The notes under the pieces are model-generated. The model saw only the letters and a list, made by a program, of their open reading frames with translations. It searched no databases and had not been told where the DNA came from. A DNA stretch of 48,897 bases, from the sequence record SRR22947725_1116; one strand, given 5' to 3'. The position numbers and the translations under genes are program-made. Of the stretch, positions 38,741 to 47,348 are shown piece after piece (position 1 is the first letter of the stretch; the number at the start of each line of letters is the position of its first letter).

Positions 38741-38779
38741 TTTATAAAACCAATTATTTACATTTAAATGAGGAATACA

Positions 38780-40153
38780 ATGAATATCAATACTTCTGCT
38801 CTCCAAGAAAAAAATGCAAAGCATTTAATTCAGTCTTTCAGTGACTTAAGTTACATCAAAAATCCTGAGTCGACGCACATCATCAGTCGCGCAGATGGCG
38901 TATATATTTATGACAATGATGGTAAGAAAATTTTAGATAGCATGTCTGGATTATGGTGTGTCAATATGGGCTATGGCCAACAATCTATTATTGAAGCAGT
39001 GAATGAGCAAATGAAAGAGTTGGTTTATTATAATAATTTCTTTGGATCGAGCCACCCATCTGCTATCAAATTATCTGAAATGATTGCAAATAAAACCCCA
39101 GAAGGCATGAACAAGGTTTATTTTTGTGGTTCTGGATCTGAGGCGAATGATACTGTTGTAAGGTTGGCAAGGCACTACTGGGCTGCCAAAGGAAAACCTT
39201 CTAAATCAGTCATTATTAGCCGCACAAATGCTTATCACGGATCAACCATGGCTGGAGCTAGTTTAGGCGGAATGAGTGCTATGCATGCTCAAGGTGGTTT
39301 GCCAATAGCTGATATTGAACATGTGGATCAGCCCTATTATTATGATGCTTGCGTCGAGGCAGGCGGTAAGATTGATGCCGATGAATTTGGAATTAAAGTT
39401 GCTCAAAGCCTGGCTAAAAAAATTGATGAGCTTGGTGAAGACCGAGTTGCTGCATTTATTGCAGAGCCAATTCAGGGGGCAGGTGGAGTTATTATTCCTC
39501 CAAAAACTTATTGGCCTGAGATTAGTAAAATTTGTAAGGAGAGAAATATTCTTTTGGTGGCGGATGAGGTGATCTGCGGCTTTGGAAGAACGGGTGAATG
39601 GTTTGGATCAGGCCACTTTAACTTTAAGCCAGATTTAATGCCTTTTGCAAAAGGAGTCACTTCAGGATATCTTCCAGTTGGAGGCGTTATTGTTAGAGAT
39701 GATATTGTTGAGGTGTTGGCTGATGCAAAACAAGAGTTTGCTCACGGTTATACCTATTCAGGGCATCCAGCCTGTATGGCTGCTGCTGTTGCAAATCTCG
39801 AGCTCATGGAGAGCACAAATATCTTACATCAAGTCAAAAATAATACTGCGCCATACCTTGGCGACAAGTGGAAGGATCTTGAGAGTCATTCTTTGGTTGG
39901 AGAGGCGAGACATCTTGGGATGCTTGCGGCTATTGAAATTGTTGAAGATAAAGAGAACTGTAAGAGATTTGACAATAGCGCAGAGATTGTTGGAAGATGC
40001 AAAAATTTTTGTTATGAAAATGGCATCGTAATGAGAGCTATTAAAAACAAGATGGTTATTGCGCCACCATTAATATGCAATAACGAACATATTGATGAAA
40101 TTATTGCAAAGGTTTGGAAGTGTCTTGATTTAACAGCTCAGTCAATAAAGTAA
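38780..40153 (+). CDS. spuC: Class III omega-aminotransferase, putrescine-pyruvate transaminase SpuC-like
   Basis: DSMSGLWCVN.GYG, SGSEANDT, AYHGST, AEPIQGAGG, DEVICGFGRTG, AKG.TSGY.P, HGYTYSGHP. ATG 38780 follows GAGGA. Confidence 0.85.
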   Translation: MNINTSALQEKNAKHLIQSFSDLSYIKNPESTHIISRADGVYIYDNDGKKILDSMSGLWCVNMGYGQQSIIEAVNEQMKELVYYNNFFGSSHPSAIKLSEMIANKTPEGMNKVYFCGSGSEANDTVVRLARHYWAAKGKPSKSVIISRTNAYHGSTMAGASLGGMSAMHAQGGLPIADIEHVDQPYYYDACVEAGGKIDADEFGIKVAQSLAKKIDELGEDRVAAFIAEPIQGAGGVIIPPKTYWPEISKICKERNILLVADEVICGFGRTGEWFGSGHFNFKPDLMPFAKGVTSGYLPVGGVIVRDDIVEVLADAKQEFAHGYTYSGHPACMAAAVANLELMESTNILHQVKNNTAPYLGDKWKDLESHSLVGEARHLGMLAAIEIVEDKENCKRFDNSAEIVGRCKNFCYENGIVMRAIKNKMVIAPPLICNNEHIDEIIAKVWKCLDLTAQSIK

Positions 40154-40166
40154 TTTAAATTTTCGC

Positions 40167-41435
40167 GTGCAATCATATTATCAGGCTAGTAGAAATACTC
40201 AGATAGATCAGCCAGAACTTTTTGGGGACCATGTTGCGGATGTATGTGTTATTGGCGGCGGCTATACCGGCCTATCAACCGCTCTTTATTTAGCAAATGA
40301 AGGCGTCAATGTCCTTCTTATTGAGTCAAATCAAATTGCATCAGGCGCCTCTGGGGCAAATGGAGGACAGGTCTCCGGCGGCATGCGAAGAGATCAATTT
40401 TATTTGGAAAAAGCTTTGGGTGTGGATTACGCTAAAACTCTCTGGGGAATTGGCGAAAAGTCCAAATACCATGCCAAAGAGCTGATTGATAAGTACCAAA
40501 TCCAGTGTGACTATAAAAAGGGAATTGCACACCCAAACCATAAGCAAAAATATTGTGAAGAATCAAAGCAATATGTTGACCATATGATTAAGAACTATGA
40601 CTATAAGGATATGATCTATCTTAATGATGATGAAATGAGGGAAGTTACAGGCTCGGATACCTATTATGGCGGAAGTTATGATGAAGCTGAGGCCCATTGC
40701 CACCCTTTAAACTATGCTCTAGGCATTGCAAAGGCTACGCTATCTGCAGGTGCAAAAATCTATGAAAATAGTCCTGCGACTAGTTATAAGGTTTTAGATG
40801 ATCATGTCAGGGTAAACACTAAGAATGGCTCAATTAAAGCTGACCGAATTGTCCTTGCTTGTAATGGATATCTTGAGAATTTAGAGAAGAGCTTAACATC
40901 TAAAATTTTACCAATGAACAACTATATTGTTGCAACTAAGCCACTTGATGATGAAATGGTTCAAAAGATAAACCCTAAAGATATTGCCTTTGCTGACTCA
41001 AGATTCGTAATCAATTATTTTAGAATGAGTGCAGATAAGCGCTTACTATTTGGTGGTGGAGAAAATTATTCACAAGAACTATCTAAGAATATAGTTCCCA
41101 TTGTTACTAGACCCCTAGAAAAAATTTATCCATTTCTTAAGGGTATTAAAATCGATTACGCTTGGGGCGGCAAACTTGCAATTACAATGAATCGCCTTCC
41201 ATTCTTTGCATCTCTTCACAATGAAAAGGTTATTTCTGCTCAAGGTTACTCTGGGCAAGGCGTTGCTTTAGCAAGCTATTCTGGCAAAATAGTATCTGAG
41301 AAAATAACAGGCACTGGAGAAGTATTTGATATTATGTCTAAAATTCCAAGGCCAAGCTTTCCAGGAGGCCGGTTTTTACGAAATCCTAGTATGAAAATTG
41401 GTATGCTTTACTACTCGTTGTTGGACAGAATATAA
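40167..41435 (+). CDS. puuB: FAD-dependent oxidoreductase, gamma-glutamylputrescine oxidase PuuB-like
   Basis: SYY.AS, DVCVIGGGYTGLS, GASGANGGQ, HPLNYALG, NYFRMS.D.RLLFGG, GYSGQG, FPGG. Confidence 0.82.
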   Translation: MQSYYQASRNTQIDQPELFGDHVADVCVIGGGYTGLSTALYLANEGVNVLLIESNQIASGASGANGGQVSGGMRRDQFYLEKALGVDYAKTLWGIGEKSKYHAKELIDKYQIQCDYKKGIAHPNHKQKYCEESKQYVDHMIKNYDYKDMIYLNDDEMREVTGSDTYYGGSYDEAEAHCHPLNYALGIAKATLSAGAKIYENSPATSYKVLDDHVRVNTKNGSIKADRIVLACNGYLENLEKSLTSKILPMNNYIVATKPLDDEMVQKINPKDIAFADSRFVINYFRMSADKRLLFGGGENYSQELSKNIVPIVTRPLEKIYPFLKGIKIDYAWGGKLAITMNRLPFFASLHNEKVISAQGYSGQGVALASYSGKIVSEKITGTGEVFDIMSKIPRPSFPGGRFLRNPSMKIGMLYYSLLDRI

Positions 41436-41465
41436 TAGCCTTGTTTATTTAAAAAAGAGAATTGC

Positions 41466-42437
41466 ATGAGTATTGATGATTTTGAAGATATGAAGACTGA
41501 CCAAGCCTTCACTAGAAAAAGTCTTTATAGCAGGGCTAATGAAATGACCTATGGCGGCGCTCTAAGCTTCCTTAGGCGAAAATATACAAAAAATTTAGAG
41601 GGTGTCGATATAGCAGTCAGTGGCATCCCATATGACGCTGCAACTAGTTTCAGGCCAGGCGCTAGATTTGGTCCAAAGGCAATAAGAGAGGCATCAGTAC
41701 AGCTTGCAGAATTGTTGGCTTTTCCAGATGGGATTGATCCATTTAAAACCCTAGCTGTTACAGACTATGGAGACTGTGAGTTGGATTATGGTTTTCATGG
41801 GAACATTGTGTCTGAAATTGAAAATCATGCTGATACTATATTAGACTCTGGAGCAGAAATGCTGACTTTTGGCGGAGATCATTTTGTAACTTATCCTCTT
41901 TTAAGGGCTCACGCAAAAAAACATGGTCCTATCGCACTTGTTCATTTTGATGCGCATACAGATACATGGCCTGATGAAGATGGAAGGCTTGACCATGGAA
42001 CGATGTTTTCAAGAGCCATCAAAGAGAACTTAATCGATACAGAGCATTCTATACAGATTGGAATTAGGACTCATAACAGTCATACCAAAGGCGTTAAAAT
42101 TCTAGATGCACCATGGGTCCATGAGAATGGAATTAATCAAGTCATCAAAAAAATTATTGAGACTGTCAAGGATCGTCCTGCTTACCTTACATTTGATATA
42201 GATGGCCTCGATCCAGCCTATGCCCCTGGAACTGGAACACCAGTTGCTGGTGGACTAACCTCTGCGCAAGCCTTGGGAATTGTTAGAGGCTTGGGAGATT
42301 TGAAATTTATAGGTGCTGATGTTGTAGAAGTGGCGCCTGCTTATGATCATGCCGATATAACTGCTATTATAGCTGCCACGATTGCTCATGATTATTTGGT
42401 ACTCAGGGCAAAACAAAAAAGAAGCCAAGACAAATAA
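41466..42437 (+). CDS. speB: Agmatinase (ureohydrolase family)
   Basis: RPGARFGP, GGDH, HFDAHTD, DHGT, TFDIDGLDPAYAPGTGTP, VEVAP.YD. Confidence 0.9.
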   Translation: MSIDDFEDMKTDQAFTRKSLYSRANEMTYGGALSFLRRKYTKNLEGVDIAVSGIPYDAATSFRPGARFGPKAIREASVQLAELLAFPDGIDPFKTLAVTDYGDCELDYGFHGNIVSEIENHADTILDSGAEMLTFGGDHFVTYPLLRAHAKKHGPIALVHFDAHTDTWPDEDGRLDHGTMFSRAIKENLIDTEHSIQIGIRTHNSHTKGVKILDAPWVHENGINQVIKKIIETVKDRPAYLTFDIDGLDPAYAPGTGTPVAGGLTSAQALGIVRGLGDLKFIGADVVEVAPAYDHADITAIIAATIAHDYLVLRAKQKRSQDK

Positions 42438-42455
42438 ATCAAATCAAAAAAAATA

Positions 42456-43178
42456 ATGAAAATAGGAATACTGTTAGTAGGAAGAGCGACTGATGATTTA
42501 GTTGAAAAGTATGGAACATATGCTGAAATGCTTATTTCACTTATCAACTCTAAAGAGGAAGTATTTGAGTTTAAGACATTTAATATTCTAGATTCTGTGT
42601 TTCCTAAAAACCATTTAGAGTGCGACGGCTGGATTGTTACTGGCTCTCCACACGGTGTCTACGAAGAGCACTCATGGATACCAACTGTGAGTGAGCTTAT
42701 TAATGATATCTATCAAGCAAGCTTACCCATTTTTGGGGTCTGTTTTGGGCATCAACTGATCGCCCAAGCGCTTGGCGGCCATGTTGAGAAATCCATTAAG
42801 GGCTGGGGTTTGGGTCTGCATACCTATGAAATTAATAATAAGACAGACTATATGGGTAATTTGCCAAAAGAGTTGACTCTGAACATCTGCCATCAAGATC
42901 AGGTTCTTCAGGTTCCTGAGGGTGCTAAGGTATATGCTAAATCTGATTTTTGTGAAAATGCTGGCTTTTATATTAAAGACAAAGTCTTAACAATGCAGGC
43001 TCACCCAGAGTTTTTAGTCGATTTTATTGAAGCACTCCTGACAGCACGAAGAGACTTAACGATACCCAAAGAATTTGTTGATCCTGCGCTTTTGAAGCTC
43101 GAAGCAGAGTCAGATAGTGTCCAGTCAAGCCAGTTTGCTGAAACAATAAGGCAGTTTTTTCTTAGGATAGTTTCTTAA
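42456..43178 (+). CDS. Class I glutamine amidotransferase-like protein
   Basis: TGSPHGVYE, GVCFGHQ (catalytic Cys), HQDQV, QAHPEF (His-Glu). Confidence 0.9.
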   Translation: MKIGILLVGRATDDLVEKYGTYAEMLISLINSKEEVFEFKTFNILDSVFPKNHLECDGWIVTGSPHGVYEEHSWIPTVSELINDIYQASLPIFGVCFGHQLIAQALGGHVEKSIKGWGLGLHTYEINNKTDYMGNLPKELTLNICHQDQVLQVPEGAKVYAKSDFCENAGFYIKDKVLTMQAHPEFLVDFIEALLTARRDLTIPKEFVDPALLKLEAESDSVQSSQFAETIRQFFLRIVS

Positions 43179-44373
43179 AAGCTTCTGTCGCTTTGTGGGT
43201 GATGTATTTTCCAATAGGGATTGCAGAGGTTGCAGCTGGCGAGGGTGCATTGCAAACATGAATAGAACGCCTACTTTCTGCAAATAAAAAGTCGTGTACC
43301 AGTGACCCATCTTCCAGAACGGCTTGCGCTCTAATGCCTGCCGGGTAGTGTTCTAAATCATTTAGCTTAATTTGTGGGCTGTATTTTTGCACCTCTTTCA
43401 AGTAACCACGCTTAAAAATGGAATTTTTCATTTCATATAGTCCAGATTTAAGATTCTTTTTGATAACATTATGAAACCCCTTAAAAGATAAGAACTGAAG
43501 GGTATCTTTTATACTGAAATTAAATTTACTATAACCCTCACGTTTGAATCCAAGAACTGCGTTTGGGCCAACAGTAATACTTCCATCTATCATTTTTGTT
43601 AAATGAACTCCTAGGAATGGTAAGTCTGGGTCAGGTATAGGGTAAATCAAGTGTTTAACAAGGTTATTATGCTTATTTGGAAGTCTGAAGTACTCCCCTC
43701 GAAATGGAACGATTTGGAAATTAATTTTTATATTAAGTAGTTTTGCTATTCGATCAGCCATTAGTCCAGCACAGCAGATTAGATATTTAGAATTTAAGGA
43801 TTCTCTTGGAGTAATAATTTTAATTTTTTCGTCATCTTCCTCTAAATTAACTACTTCAGAATTAAGAAGAAACTCGCCACCCTTTGATTCAAATTCCTCA
43901 GACATTTTTTTTGTAATTAATTTGTAGTCAACAATCCCTGTGGACTTTACTAGAAGAGCGCCAATGCCAATAATATTAGGTTCAATCTCATTGAGCTGCT
44001 TTTGATCTAAGACTTCAACGCCTATTTTGTTAGCCTTGCATCTCTCATGCAGTTCATGCATGCGTTGAAGCTCGATTTGATTTGTGGCAACTAGTAATTT
44101 ACCGCACTGCTCATAGGGGATATTATTCTCAGAACAAAAGCTAATTGTCTCTTTGAGGCCTTCGCGGCAAAATTCAGCCTTTAGGCTTCCAGGTTGATAG
44201 TAAACACCCGCATGAATAACGCCGCTATTGTGGCCAGTTTGGTGTTTTGCAAAAGAGTTTTCTTTTTCAATTAATAGAATTTTATTGTCCGGGTGTTTAT
44301 TAATAAGAGATAGTGCGGTAGATACGCCTACTATTCCTCCACCCAAAACTACATAATCATACATTAGCTTCAT
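43162..44373 (-). CDS. lhgO: L-2-hydroxyglutarate oxidase/dehydrogenase
   Basis: GGGIVG, HQTGHNSGVIHAGVYY.PGSLKA, YPIPDP.LPFLGVHLT, AGIRAQA, NAPSPAATS. Alternative start at 44364. Confidence 0.95.
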   Translation of the reverse strand: MKLMYDYVVLGGGIVGVSTALSLINKHPDNKILLIEKENSFAKHQTGHNSGVIHAGVYYQPGSLKAEFCREGLKETISFCSENNIPYEQCGKLLVATNQIELQRMHELHERCKANKIGVEVLDQKQLNEIEPNIIGIGALLVKSTGIVDYKLITKKMSEEFESKGGEFLLNSEVVNLEEDDEKIKIITPRESLNSKYLICCAGLMADRIAKLLNIKINFQIVPFRGEYFRLPNKHNNLVKHLIYPIPDPDLPFLGVHLTKMIDGSITVGPNAVLGFKREGYSKFNFSIKDTLQFLSFKGFHNVIKKNLKSGLYEMKNSIFKRGYLKEVQKYSPQIKLNDLEHYPAGIRAQAVLEDGSLVHDFLFAESRRSIHVCNAPSPAATSAIPIGKYITHKATEAFKKLS

Positions 44374-44404
44374 TAATTATTTAAAGTGAGCTATCATTTC
44401 CATT

Positions 44405-45331
44405 TTATTGAATAAATACACCTCTTTGTCGAAGAAGCTCTCTATGAAGATCTTTATTTGCAAAAAACATATCTCTACCGTGCAGCCAAAAATAGTTATT
44501 AATGATCAACATACTTCCTTCACTAAGCTTGATATTGTATGTGTTAGAGTCTTTTTCTAGGGATTCACCCAGTTCATAGAGATAGAGTCCTTGATTCATA
44601 TCAGCTGGTTCTGCAAATTGATCAATGAATGACATTATGGGCTCTTCACCCTCTTCTTCAATAAAGATTGGATGCGTTGTTTTATAGCTAATATTCTTGC
44701 TGGAAGGGGAGCCCCATTGAATATCTTCTTTGGCAACTGGATGACTATGAAATTTTTCTAATTCGTCCCAGTCATCTAAGTGCAAAAGGAGTGAGCCACC
44801 TCCTTCAACATTTAATTCTAGAATTTTTTGCATAATAACCCAGTCAGTTTTCTCTTTAACGTAAGTACCATCATTATGAAGCTCCATTCTTCTATGGGCT
44901 TGACGAAGATAGCTGTCGCTGTTGTCTTCATTCTTGACAGAGAACCTCGCATAAAATTTTCCAGACATTGAATCAAGATTTGGAAGACCTATAAGGTGTG
45001 ATACAGCTGTAGAAAGAAGAATATTAAAATCAATAAACTGTTCACCTACTAAACTTTTGTCATTTTCATATTGAAGCAATACTGCACCAGTTTGTCGGTT
45101 TTTTAAAATATCGAGTAAGCAAAGGCCAAGGGTATTTTTTGTAAGTTCATTAAGGCAGTTGGCAATATAAAAACGAAGAAATGGCTTGTATTCAATTGAC
45201 TGAACATCGAGATGATCAATACATTTAATAAATTTATCAATTACTTCATTATCTATTGTAAGTAACTGAAGACGGGGGCTGCCCTTATGACTTAAAAAAC
45301 TAAATCCAATATTATTTGTGTGTGAAATCAT
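44405..45331 (-). CDS. csiD: Glutarate 2-hydroxylase CsiD/GlaH (Fe/2-oxoglutarate dioxygenase)
   Basis: EYKPFLRF, DSMSGKFYARF, SDSYLRQAHR.MELHNDGT, SLLLHLDDW, FWLHGRD, RELLRQRG. Confidence 0.95.
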   Translation of the reverse strand: MISHTNNIGFSFLSHKGSPRLQLLTIDNEVIDKFIKCIDHLDVQSIEYKPFLRFYIANCLNELTKNTLGLCLLDILKNRQTGAVLLQYENDKSLVGEQFIDFNILLSTAVSHLIGLPNLDSMSGKFYARFSVKNEDNSDSYLRQAHRRMELHNDGTYVKEKTDWVIMQKILELNVEGGGSLLLHLDDWDELEKFHSHPVAKEDIQWGSPSSKNISYKTTHPIFIEEEGEEPIMSFIDQFAEPADMNQGLYLYELGESLEKDSNTYNIKLSEGSMLIINNYFWLHGRDMFFANKDLHRELLRQRGVFIQ

Positions 45332-45335
45332 TGCA

Positions 45336-45389
45336 AATTATAAAATGTCGACATTTTATAATTATAACTACATTTGTGATAAAATTCAA
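45336..45389 (-). promoter_or_regulatory. csiD promoter with 28-bp perfect palindromic operator (45336-45363)
   Basis: AATTATAAAATGTCGACATTTTATAATT; minus-strand TTGAAT (45389-45384), 17-nt spacer, TATAAT (45366-45361). Confidence 0.8.
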
Positions 45390-45430
45390 ACTGAAATATC
45401 TATTTCTTAATGATTTAATTTGGTTTATAA

Positions 45431-46099
45431 ATGACTGATTCTAGAGATAACACTGCTTCGAAAATACTGGACTCATTGAAAAATGACATTATTTCGGGTG
45501 AGTATCTTCCCAAGCAAAAGCTTCACATTAAAACATTAAAAGAAAAATTTAATGTTGGTACGAGTCCGCTCAGAGAAGCTCTATCTCAACTAATGGCGAA
45601 CGATTTAGTTGTCTCAAAAAATCAGCGAGGTTTTTATGTCAGTGATATCTCAATTGAAGACTTGACAGATATTTACCAGACACGAGCAAAGATAGAGTCG
45701 TTATGCATAGAAATGTCTATTGATAAAGGTGATGACTATTGGGAGGCAAATTTAATAGCAGCTTCACACAGATTAAATAAATATAGTAAAAAAGATAAAC
45801 TAGAAACCAATGAGTGGCAAAGTAGGCATGGTGACTTCCATGAGGCCTTGGTGTCTGGATGTAACTCACCTAGGCTATTTCAAATCAGAAGTTCGCTTAT
45901 TGAAAAATCAAAGAGGTATCGTAGTTTATGGTTAAAAGAAAATGTATCTAATTTAACAACACTGAAAATCAATCAAAATGAGCATGCAGCACTGATGATC
46001 TTAGCTCTTGAGAGAGACAAAAAAGCTATTTCTAAGCTTATTGAAGAGCACATTATGACCCCAGTCGGAATTATCAAAAAAAGTCTATCTCAACTATAA
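45431..46099 (+). CDS. csiR: GntR-family regulator CsiR/GlaR
   Basis: LK.DIISG...P..KL, VGTSPLREALSQL, NQRGF.V, GDD.WEA, FHEALVSGC.S; divergent from csiD. Confidence 0.9.
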   Translation: MTDSRDNTASKILDSLKNDIISGEYLPKQKLHIKTLKEKFNVGTSPLREALSQLMANDLVVSKNQRGFYVSDISIEDLTDIYQTRAKIESLCIEMSIDKGDDYWEANLIAASHRLNKYSKKDKLETNEWQSRHGDFHEALVSGCNSPRLFQIRSSLIEKSKRYRSLWLKENVSNLTTLKINQNEHAALMILALERDKKAISKLIEEHIMTPVGIIKKSLSQL

Positions 46100-46627
46100 T
46101 TTAATAGCACTGAATTGTAATGGTCTAGATAGCTCATTAGGGATACTATGTTCATTGTCAAAAAGTATTGGAGCTAGTGCTTTCAGCATATCCTCGTATA
46201 CATCTCTTTTAAAATTTATGACTTCATCGACCGGACTCCAGTAGTCAACCCATTTCCAGTCATCAAATTCAATATCATGGTGCAGGTTAAGAGAGATATT
46301 GTCATCACTTGATTCTAGTTTTAATAAAAACCAGACTTGTTTTTGGCCAATGCAGGTGGGTTTTTGACTTCTTCTAATATGTTCTAATGGTAAATCATAT
46401 CGAAGCCATTTGGGTGTTTTTGCAATTAATTTGACGTGCGCAGGATAGAGGCCAACCTCCTCCTCAAGCTCCCTGTAGAGAGCATCTATTTCAGTTTCAT
46501 CTTTATCGATTCCACCCTGAGGAAGTTGCCACGCGTCTTGTTTAAACCGCTTTGCTAAGAGTATCTGCTTTTTGTCATTAGTAATTACAATACCTACGTT
46601 AGCGCGATATCCATCGCTATCTATCAC
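46094..46627 (-). CDS. rppH: RNA pyrophosphohydrolase RppH
   Basis: DGYRANVGI, WQLPQGGI, RELEEEVGL (Nudix box), WLRY.LP, GQKQ.WF. Confidence 0.96.
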   Translation of the reverse strand: MIDSDGYRANVGIVITNDKKQILLAKRFKQDAWQLPQGGIDKDETEIDALYRELEEEVGLYPAHVKLIAKTPKWLRYDLPLEHIRRSQKPTCIGQKQVWFLLKLESSDDNISLNLHHDIEFDDWKWVDYWSPVDEVINFKRDVYEDMLKALAPILFDNEHSIPNELSRPLQFSAIKL

Positions 46628-47286
46628 TAGTCATCGCCAGAGAAAACACCTAAGAGGTGAAGCAGGCTTAAGAATAAGTTATAAATAGAAATATATAGCG
46701 TTACTGTTGCCATGATGTAGTTTGTCTCGCCACCATGAATGATATTACTGGTCTCAAACAATATCAGCCCACTCATTAAAAGAATGAATGCAGCTGAAAC
46801 AGTTAAAGATAAAGCAGGAATCTGAAAAAAGTACGCAGCGATACCTGCTAAAAATGCAACCACAATGCCAGCCGTTAAAAAGCCAGATAAAAAGCTAAAG
46901 TCTTTTTGAGATACAAGTGCATAAAAAGAAAGCGATAGAAAAATAGCTGCAGTTCCAGTCATGGCCATAGCAACAAGCTCTGCTCCGTTTGAGAAAGCAG
47001 TTGTATAGGCGCCTACTATAGGGCCCAGAGTCAGACCCATAAAGCCTGTAAGAGCGAAGACAGCAAATATTCCTGAGGCTGAGTTTCTAAGCTTTGTGAC
47101 TAAAAACAAAAGCCCAAAATATCCACCAAGCGTTATCAAAAGACCAAAATATGGTAGATTGAGCGACATCGATAGATAAGCCATGAGTCCACTAAATAAG
47201 AGCGTTGCAGAAAGGAGCTGGTAAGTGTTTCTTAGTGTGCGATTAATAACAATCGAACTAGAAGTTGTTTGAACATTTGTTGGCAT
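46627..47286 (-). CDS. yccA: Bax inhibitor-1/YccA family membrane protein
   Basis: LRNTY.LL, FALTGFMG.TLGP, KDFSFL, IIHGGETNYIMAT..LY..IYNLF. Confidence 0.93.
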   Translation of the reverse strand: MPTNVQTTSSSIVINRTLRNTYQLLSATLLFSGLMAYLSMSLNLPYFGLLITLGGYFGLLFLVTKLRNSASGIFAVFALTGFMGLTLGPIVGAYTTAFSNGAELVAMAMTGTAAIFLSLSFYALVSQKDFSFLSGFLTAGIVVAFLAGIAAYFFQIPALSLTVSAAFILLMSGLILFETSNIIHGGETNYIMATVTLYISIYNLFLSLLHLLGVFSGDD

Positions 47287-47348
47287 AATAAAATAGTAAA
47301 GTAAAAGTGTAAAATATAGTCAATTTTGGTCGAAAACACAAGGTTTTC

